Shown piece by piece: positions 53,504 through 64,000 of a stretch of DNA of 64,000 bases. Source of the DNA: Eledone cirrhosa (lineage: Eukaryota); NCBI GenBank assembly GCA_964016885.1, contig OZ024740.1:19282001-19346000 (forward strand). Direction: 5' to 3'. Below the pieces are notes generated by a model. It was not told the origin of the DNA. It made no database searches and worked only from the letters and a program-made list of their open reading frames with translations. The first letter of the stretch is position 1, and the number at the start of each line of letters is the position of its first letter. Both the position numbers and the translations under genes were made by a program.

Positions 53504-53921
53504 GTGTGTTGGTGTGTGTTGGTGTATGTGTGTGTTGGTGTGTGTGTGTGTGTATTGGTGTGTGTGTGTTGGCGTGTGTGTGTGTGTGTTAGTATGTGTG
53601 TATGTTGGTGTGTGTGTGTTGGTGTGTGTGTGTGTTTTGGTGTATGTGTGTTTGTGTGTATTGGTGTGTGCGTGTGTGTGTTGGCATGTGTGGGTATTGG
53701 TATGTGTATGTGTGTTGGTATATGTGTGTGTTGGTGTAAGTGTGTATTAGTGTGTGTGTGTGTGTGTGTTGGTGTGTGTATTGGTGTATGTGCGTGTGTT
53801 GGTGTGTTTGTGTTGGTGTATTTGTGTGTGTATTGGTGTGTGTATGTAATGATGTATGTGTGTGGATTGGTGTCTGTATGTATTGGTGTATGTGTGTATG
53901 TTGGTGTATGTGTGTGTGTTT

Positions 53922-53960
<39 letters not shown>

Positions 53961-53963
53961 TAT
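53504..53963. repeat. Degenerate (TG)n / GTGTTG microsatellite
   Basis: Seen directly. Confidence 0.9.
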
Positions 53964-54088
53964 TGCCGGTAGCAAGAAGTAGTATTCAATACCACAAAAG
54001 ATAATTTCAATGAAGGTCGAGTTAGTAAGCTGCGTCACTGAGCCTACGTGTATACAGACACATATCTGGCCTGAGTATTGAAAGTCAC

Positions 54089-57000
54089 CATTGTCTGGTG
54101 ACTGTCAATACTCAGGCCAGATGAAACTACACCATAACAGGACACTACAGACACACCACACATGTCTGACATTGTCTGGTGACTTTCAATACTCAAAGCA
54201 GAAAATAATACACCATAACATGACTCTACAGACACATCACATATGTCTGACATTGTCTGGTGACTGTCAATACTCAGACCAGACGAAACTACACCATAAC
54301 AGGACACTACAGACACATCACATATGTCTGACATTGTCTGGTGACGGTCAATACTCAGACCAGACGAAACTACACCATAACAGGACACTACAGACACACC
54401 ACATATGTCAGACGTTGTCTGGTGACTGTCAATACTCAGGCCAGATGAAACTTCACCATAACAGGACACTACAGACACACCACAGATGTCTGACATTGTC
54501 TGGTGACTGTCAATACTCATATCAGACAAAACTACACGATAACATGACTCTACAGACACATCACATATGTCTGACATTGTCTCAGTCAATACTCAGGCTA
54601 GACGAAACTACACCATAACATGATACTACAGACACCCCACATATGACAGACGTTGCCTGGTGACTATCAATACTCAGGCCAGACGAAGCTACACCATAAG
54701 AGGACACTACAGACACATCACAGATGTCTGACATTGTCTGCTGACTGTCAATACTCAGACCAGACCAGACGAAACTACACAATAAGAGGACACTACAGAC
54801 ACATCACATATGTCTAACATTGTCTGATGAATGTCAATACTCAGACCAGACGAAACTACACCATAACATGATACTACAGACAAACCACATATGTCTGACA
54901 TTGTCTGGTGACAGTCAATACTCAGACCAGACGAAACTACACGATAACATGATACTACAGACACATCACATATGTCTGACATTGTCTGATGACTGACAAT
55001 ATCCAGACCAGGCGAAACTACACCATAACATGACACTACAGACACACCACATATGTCTGACATTGTCTGAACACTGTCAATACTCAGGCCAGACGAAACT
55101 ACACCATAACATGACATTACAGACACATCACATATGACTGACATTGTCTGATGAATGTCAATACTCAGGCCAGACGAAACTACACCATAACAGGACACTA
55201 CAGACACATCACATATGTCTGACATTGTCTGGTGACTGTCAATAATCAGACCAGACGAAACTACACCATAACATGATACTACAGACACACCACATATGTC
55301 TGACATTGTCTGAACACTGTCAATACTCAGGCCAGACGAAACTACACCATAATATGACATTACAGACACATCACATATGTCTGACATTGTCTGGTGACTG
55401 TCAATACTCACGCTAGACGAAACTACACCATAACATGACTCTACAGACCCATCACATTTGTCTGACATTGTCTGGTGACTCTCAATACTCAGACCAGACG
55501 AAACTACACCATAACAGGATACCACAGACACACCACGGGGGTCTGACGTTGTCTGATGACTGTCAATACTCAGGCTAAACAAAACTGCACCATAACATGA
55601 TACTACAGACACATCACAGATGTCTGACATTGTCTGGGGACTGTCAATACTCAGACCAGACGAAACTACACGATAACATGATAATACAGACACATCACAT
55701 ATGTCTCACATTGTCTGATGACTGTCAATACCCAACCAGGCGAAACTACACCATAACAGGAGACTACAGACACACCACAGATGTCTGACATTGTCTGGTG
55801 ACTGTCAATATTCAGGCTAGACGAAACTACCCCAAAACATGATAGTACAGACACACCACATATGTCTGACATTGTATGCTGACTGTCAATACTCAGACCA
55901 GACAAAACTACACCATAACAGGATACTATAGGCACACCACATATGTCTGATATTGTTTGGTGACTGTCAATACTCAGACCAGACGAAACTACACGATAAC
56001 ATGATACTACAGACACATCACATATGTCTGACATTGTCTGATGACTGTCAATACCCAGACCAGGCGAAACTACACCATAACAGGACGCTACAGACACACC
56101 ACAGAAATCTGACATTGTCTGGTGACAGTAAATACTCAGGCCAGACGAAACTACACCATAACAGGACACTACAGACACAGCACATATGTCTGACATTGTC
56201 TGGTGACTGTCAGTAATCAGAGCAGACGAAACTACACCATAACATGATACTACAGACACATCACATATGTCTGACATTGTCTGGTGACGGTCAATACTCA
56301 AAGCAGACGAAACTACACATTAACAGGACACTACAGACACACCACAGATGTCTGACATTGTCTGGTGACGGTCAATACTCAGAGCAGACGAAACTACACC
56401 TTAACAGGACACTACAGACACACCACAAATGTCTGACATTGTCTGGTGACTCTCAATACTCAGACCAGACGAATCTGCTCCATAACAGGCTACCACAGAC
56501 ACACCACGGGCATCTGACATTGTCTGCTGACTGTCAATATTCAGACCAGACGAAACTACACCATAACAGCATACTACAGGCACACCACATATGTCTGATA
56601 TTGTTTGGTGACTGTCAATACTCAGGCAAGACGAAAGCACACCATAACATGATACTACAGACACATCACATATGTCTGACATTGTCTGCTGACTGTCAAT
56701 ACTGAGGCCAGAGGAAACTACACGATAACAGGACACTACAGACACACCACGTACGTCAGACATTGTCTGCTGACTGTCAATACTGAGGCCAGACGAAACT
56801 ACACCATGACAGTACACTACAGACACACCACAGAAATCTGACATTGTCTGGTGACAGTCAATACTCAGGCCAGACGAAACTACACCATAACGTGACACTA
56901 CAGACACACCACATATGTCTGACATTATCTGCTGACTGTCAATACTCAGACTAGACGAAACCACACGATAACAGGACACTACAGACACACCACGTACGTC

Positions 57001-60000
57001 TGACATTGTCTGCTGACTGTCAATACTTAGGCCAGACGAAACTACACCATAACATGACACTACAGACACATCACATATGTCTGACATTGTCTGGTGACTG
57101 TCAATACTCAGACCAGACGAAACTACACCATAACATGATACTACAGGCACACCACATATGTCTGACATTGTCTGTTGACTGTCAATACTTAGGCCAGACG
57201 AAACTACACCATTAAATGACACTACAGACACATCACATATGTCTGACATTGTCTGGTGACTGTCAATACTCAGGTCAGAGGAAACTACACCATAACATGA
57301 TACTACAGACACACCACATATGTCTGACATTGTCTGAACACTGTCAATACTCAGGCCAGACGAAACTACACCATAACATGACATTACAGACACATCACAT
57401 ATGTCTGACATTGTCTGGTGACTGTCAATACTCAGACCAGATTAAACTACACCATAACATGATACTACAGACACACCACATATGTCTGACATTGTCTGAA
57501 CACTGTCAATACTCAGGCCAGACAAAACTACACCATAACAGGACACTACAGACACACCACGTATGTTTGACATTGTCTGGTGACGGTCAATACTCAGAAC
57601 AGACGAAACTACACCATAACAGGACACTACAGACACACCACATATGCCTGACATTGTCTGATGACTGTCAATACTCAGACTAGACGAAACTACACCATAA
57701 CGTGACACTACAGACACACCACATATGTCTGACATTGTCTGATGACTGTCAATACTCAGAGCAGACGAAACTACACCATAACAGGACACTACAGACACAC
57801 CACATATGTCTGACATTGTCTTAACACTGTCAATACTCAGGCCAGACGAAACTACATCATAACAGGCCACTACAGACACAGCACATATGTCTGACATTGT
57901 ATAGTGACAGTCAATACTCAGACCAGACGATACTACACCATAACAGGACACTACAGACACAGCACATATGTCTGACATTGTATAGTGACAGTCAATACTC
58001 AGACCAGACGATACTACACCATAACAGGACACTACAGACGCATAACATACGTCTGAGATTGTCTGCTGACTGTCAATACTTAGGCCAGACGAAACTACAC
58101 CATAACAGGACACTACAGACACACCACGTAGGTCTGACATTGTCTGGTGACGGTCAATACTCAGAGCAGACGAAACTACAGCATAACAGGACACTAAAGA
58201 CACACCACAGATGTCTGACATTGTCTGATGACTGTCAATACTTAGGCCAGACGAAACTACACCATAACATGACACTACAGACACATCACATATGTCTGAC
58301 ATTGTCTGGTGACTGTCAATACTCAGGCCAGACGAAACTACACCATAACATGACATTAGAGACACATCACATATGTCTGACATTGTCTGGTGACTGTCAA
58401 TACTCAGGTCAGACGAAACTACACCATAACATGATACTACAGACACACCACATATGTCTGACATTGTCTGAACACTGTCAATACTCAGGCCAGACGAAAC
58501 TACACCATAATATGACATTACAGACACATCACATATGTCTGATATTGTCTGGTGACTGTCAATATGCAGGCCAGTCGAAACTACACCATAAGAGGACAGT
58601 ACAGACACATCACAGATGTCTAACATTGTCTGATGACTCTCAATATTCAGACCAAACGAAACTATACCATAACAGGATACTACAGGCACACCACATATGT
58701 CTGACATTGTCTGGTGACTGTCAATACTCAGACCAGACGAAACTACACCATAACAGGATTACACAGACACACCACGGGGGTCTGACATTGTCTGCTGACT
58801 GTCAATACTCATGCTAGACAGAACTACACCATAACATGATAGTACAGACACAGCACAGATGTCTGACATTCTCTGATGACTGTCAATACTCAGAGCAGAC
58901 GAAACTATATTATAACAGGACACTACAGACACACCACATATGTCTGACATTGTCTGAACACAGTCAATACTCAGGCCAGACGAAACTACACCATAAATGA
59001 CATTACAGACACATTACATATGGTTGACATTGTCTGGTGACAGTCAATACTCGGGCCAGACGAAATTACACCGTAACAGGACACTACAGACACACCACGT
59101 ATGTTTGACATTGTCTGGTGACGGTCAATATTCAGAGCAGACGAAACTACACCATAACAGGACACTACAGTCACACCACATATGTCTGACATTGTCTTAT
59201 GACTGTCAATACTCAGAGCAGACGAAACTACACCATAACATGACACTACAGACACACCACAGAAATCTGACATAGTCTGGTGACAGTCAATACTCAGGCC
59301 AGACGAAATTACACCATAACAGGACACTACAGACACACCACATATGCCTGACATTGTCTGATGACTGTCAATACTCAGACCAGACGAAACTACACCATAA
59401 CGTGACACTACAGACACACCACATATGTCTGACATTGTCTGATGACTGTCAATACTCAGAGCAGACGAAACTACACCATAACAGGACACTACAGACACAC
59501 CACGTATGTCTGACATTGTCTGAACACTGACAATACTCAGGCCAGACGAAACTACATCATAACAGGCCACTACAGACACATCACATATGTCTGACATTGT
59601 CTGGTGACTGTCAATACTCAGGCCAGAGGCAACTACACCATAACATGACACTACAGACACACCACATATGTCTGACATTGTCTGGTGACTGTCAATACTC
59701 AGGACAGATGAAACTAGACCAGAACATGACACTACAGACACATTACATATGTCTGACATTGTCTGAACACTGTCAATACTCAGGCCAGAGGCAACTACAC
59801 CATAACATGACACTACAGACACATCACACATGTCTGACATTGTCTGATGACTGCCAATACTCAGGTCAGACGAAACTACACCATAACATGATACTACAGA
59901 CACATCACAGATGTCTGACATTGTCTGGTGACTGTCAATACTCAGCTCAGACGAAACTACACCATAACAGGTTACTACAGACACACCACATGTGTCTGAC

Positions 60001-62038
60001 ATTGTCTGAACACTGTCAGGTACTCAGGCCAGACGAAACTACACCATAATATGACATTACAGACACATCACAGATGTCTGACATTGTCTGATGACTGTCA
60101 ATATTCAGACCAAACGAAAGTATACCATAACAGGATACTACAGGCACACCACATATGTCTGACATTGTCTGGTGACTGTCAATACTCAGACCAGACGAAA
60201 CTACACCATAACAGGATACGACTGACACACCACATGGGTCTCTCATTGTCTGGTGACTGTCAATACTCAGACCAGACGAAACTACACGATAACATGATAC
60301 TACAGACACATCACATATGTCTGACATTGTCTGATGACTGTCAATACCCAGACCAGGCGAAACTACACCATAACAGGACACTACAGACACATCACATATG
60401 TCTGACATTGTCTGATGACTGTCAATACCCAGACCAGACGAAACTACACCATAACAGGACACTACAGACGCATAACATACGTCTGACATTGTCTGCTGAC
60501 AGTCAATATTGAGGCCAGACGAAACTACACGATAACAGGACACTACAGACACACCACGTAGGTCTGACATTGTCTGGTGACGGTCAATACTCACAGCAGT
60601 CGAAACTACAGCATAACAGGACATTAAAGACACATTACATATCTTTGACATTGTCTGGTGACAGTCAATACGCGGGCCAGACGAAACTACACCATAACAT
60701 GACATTACAGACACATTACATATGTCTGACATAGTCTGGTAACTCTCAATACTCAGACCAGACGAAACTACACGATAACAGGATACCCCAGACACACCAC
60801 GGGGGTCTGGCATTGTCTGCTGATTGTCAATACTCAGGCTAGACGAAACTACACTATAACATGATAGTACAGACACATCACAGATGTCTGACATTGTCTG
60901 GTGACTGTCAATACTCAGACCTGGCGAAACTACACCATAACAGGACACTACAGACGCATAACATACGTCTGACATTGTCTGCTGACTGTCAATAATGATG
61001 CCAGACGAAACTACACGATAACAGGACACTAAAGACACACCACGTATGCCTGACATTGTCTGGTGACTGTCAATACTCAGACCAGACGAAACTACCCCAT
61101 AACAGGATACTACAGATACACCACAGATATCTGACATTGTCTGATGACTGTCAATACTCAGACCAGACGAAACTACACCATAACATGATACTACAGACAC
61201 CCCACATATGTCAGACGTTGCCTGGTGACTGTCTATACTCAGGCCAGACGAAGCTACAATATAAGAGGACATTACAGACACATCACATATGTCTGACCTT
61301 GTCTGGTGACTGTCAATACTCAGGCCTGTCGAAACTACACCATAATATGACACTACAGACACATCACTTATGTCTCACATTTTCGGATGACTGTCAATAT
61401 CTAGACCAGACGAAACTACACCATAACAGGACACTACAGGCGCATAACATCTGTCTGACATTGTCTGCTGCCTGTCAATACTGAGGCCAGTCAAAGCTAC
61501 ACGATAACAGGACACTACAGACACACCACATATGTCTGACATTGTCTGGTGACGGTCAATACTCAGAGCAGACGAAACTACACCATAACAGGACACTACA
61601 GACACACCACAGATGTCTGACATTGTCTGGTGACTGTCACTACTCAGACCAGAAAATAATATACCATAACATGACTCTACAGACACATCACATATGTCTG
61701 ACATTGTCTGGTGACTGTCAATACTCAGGCCAGACCAGACGAAACTACACCATAACAGGATACTACAGACACACCACATATGTCTGACATTTTCTGATGA
61801 CTCTCAATAATCAGGCTAGACGAAACTACACCATAACATGATACTATGGACACCCCACATATGTCAGACGTTGCCTGTTGACTGTCAATACTCAGGCCAG
61901 ACGAAGCTACAATATAAGAGGACACTACAGACACATTACATATGTCTGACATTGTCTGGTGACTGTCAATACTCAGGCCAGTCGAAACTACACAATAACA
62001 TGACACTACAGACACATCACATATGTCTGACATTGTCT
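54089..62038. repeat. 81-bp satellite array, roughly 98 divergent copies
   Basis: Consensus CATTGTCTGGTGACTGTCAATACTCAGRCCAGACGAAACTACACCATAACAKGACACTACAGACACAYCACATATGTCTGA; 27-aa periodicity in ORFs on both strands. Confidence 0.97.
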
Positions 62039-64000
62039 TTTAGCAGCATGGATTATAAATGTTATTGAGACTCGAGTAACACAATAATGATGTTAACAGC
62101 AGAAATTAGCGATGAAATGTATGTTTATTTTGTTGTAGCACAAATAATGTTGGTTAACTTGTATGGTTGAAGTGACACATAAAATGAAGTTACAAAAGGG
62201 AATGTGCCATCGCGCCGGAAAGCCGTCAGGCCAAGGTGCAAAATCTCACCGTCACATGTACGTTTTGCTGGTAAGAAGTTCCTGGTGAGAGTGGAAGATT
62301 CTTTAAATCTTCGCAGGGAATTTCTCCTTCAGGACGCGTAGGGATACATCCTTTTCTACTGGCGTTGATTGGCTGAGCTGAGCCAAATCACGCACAGAGA
62401 ATGTATGTGATCCCGCGGAAAGTAGATCACTACAATACTCCCCTTCTAGGCGGAAGTCGATACAGATTATTGAATCAGCAAGAACAAATGCTGAAAGAGC
62501 ACATCAGTGAAAAAATAATTGAGCAGAAGGATGAATGCAAGAAAAAAAATGAGGCGCTAAGGGCTGTGTTGAGCCGCTGTGTCAAATGACTAGCTGTTTT
62601 GTAGTTTATACGTGACCACCAAAGGTCTAACAGAAAACGGATAAAATCTGACATGGGCGAAGTTGCTGTTCTTGCATTAAATGTTAATGGTAAGTGTTGT
62701 ATCAGTAGCTGTGGATGAAGCTATTATGGTAGTTTACCAGTGCTGGCAAGAAGATGATGGGTAGGCGAGAAAATGTTGGTCTCCCAGATGTATTGCCGAA
62801 TGTGCTAGGGAGCCATGAAAAAATGGCTGGCTGCTTTGAAAAGAAAAAATTCAAGTTGAATCCGTTGGTGGGTCGCAGTGTAAATTTCATAATTCGGGCG
62901 AATCCACAGAAGTGGTGGAAATGCTGACAAGTCCAGTTCCACCTGTTGTTTTCCCAGCGAGTCGGGCAAGGTAACAAGTTGGAGGTTGTTATGGACGATG
63001 AGTGTGCAACGAGATGCGAAACTGTTTGAGTTCAGCTGCAATTAGCATTCTCTTGTTGCGGTGCCTGTTTGAATCCAGGTGAATTAAGCTCTATGAGTCG
63101 CCAGCATGTGACGGCACCTCAACCAGGCGAAAAGGGACCTCGCAGAACATTACGTTTGAAGAACATATATCAAGAACAACATGTTGGTAGGTGACAAAGA
63201 AATGTGTGCACATGCAGGCATGTAAAACAGCAAAGAATGTGAATGAATAAAAACCATGAGCAAGCAAATAGCCAAAGAGCACAAAATAAGTAAATGCATT
63301 TTACAAAGAAATATGTGAATGTACCAAACTGATAATTCAAAGTCAATATAAGGGAGCAGAGAAATTAATGCTCAATGATAAGTTCAAAGTTTTTCAAAGT
63401 TAAATAGTTCACACATCACCAGTGTACAGACTTTCTGACACTAGTTCTATCTGAAAACTGAAAAAGAAGTTTGTCAATGCCACTAGGGGTTAGATGTATA
63501 TTGTTTTTGAGAGTTTTCGTGGCCATTTTACCGTCCTGCCACCTTGTGTGACATAAGGTTGTATTGCTTGTTTGTATTGCAGGAAGCCGTATCGAAAGAA
63601 AAAAAAATGTCTCCGGGCTATAATTTTGAAAATACAGGTGAAAGCATAGAAGTAAACAATATGATGTGTGGTGGTTGCGTCGGTAAGGCTATGAAGCTGC
63701 CATATCACTATTCCCTGTTGTTGGTTAGTGGTTAAACAATGTTGTCGCTGCTGCTGCTGCTGCTACTGCTGTTGTTGTTGTTGTTGTTGATTGTAGACAG
63801 GACTTGTCGGTAGCCATTTTGAAATTTCCTCGTGGCGAAAAGTTTGTGAAATACAACTCATTTTTTTTAAATTTTAAAAGGAATATTTTGTATTTACGAT
63901 ATTCCTCACGTCAGGTCACCAATTTAGCAGCATGGATTATAAATGTTATTGAGACACGAGTAAAACAATAATGATGTCAACAGCAGAAATTAGAGATGAA
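62039..64000 (+). repeat. Direct repeat with offset 1884 bp (62039-62116 recurs at 63923-64000)
   Basis: TTTAGCAGCATGGATTATAAATGTTATTGAGAC... occurs twice; the second copy is cut by the window end. Confidence 0.8.

Noticed and set aside
54089-62038. CRISPR-like regular array
   Set aside because: The whole 81-bp unit repeats, with no unique spacers and no cas genes, in a eukaryotic context.
62401-62589. 62-aa ORF as a host exon or gene
   Set aside because: No recognisable homology or convincing splice context, and it lies within a repeated unit.

Overview
AT-rich, microsatellite-dense animal genomic DNA. It is most likely an octopus or other cephalopod, inferred from a tRNA-derived SINE and the repeat landscape. 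The only host gene I can support is the 3' end of a + strand coiled-coil ciliary gene (CFAP210/CCDC173-like), with exons at 30312-30476 and 43312-43572. The rest is mostly transposon-derived: RTE-clade LINEs (one near full length, one with a twin-priming 5' inversion), R4/Dong-like RLE LINEs, a GC-rich CRE-like LINE with a PHD finger, two mariner remnants, Penelope GIY-YIG remnants, two RTE-derived non-autonomous families, a ~421-bp tandem array and an ~8-kb 81-bp satellite. The most striking unannotated signal is about 20 type I hammerhead-ribozyme motifs, intact to decayed and read by eye. They belong to several unrelated, short, ORF-less fold-back elements inserted in (TA)n, and include a compensatory U3-A8 core and CCGA cores. 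Most ORFs in the supplied track are microsatellite artefacts. All coordinates and RNA folds are manual.
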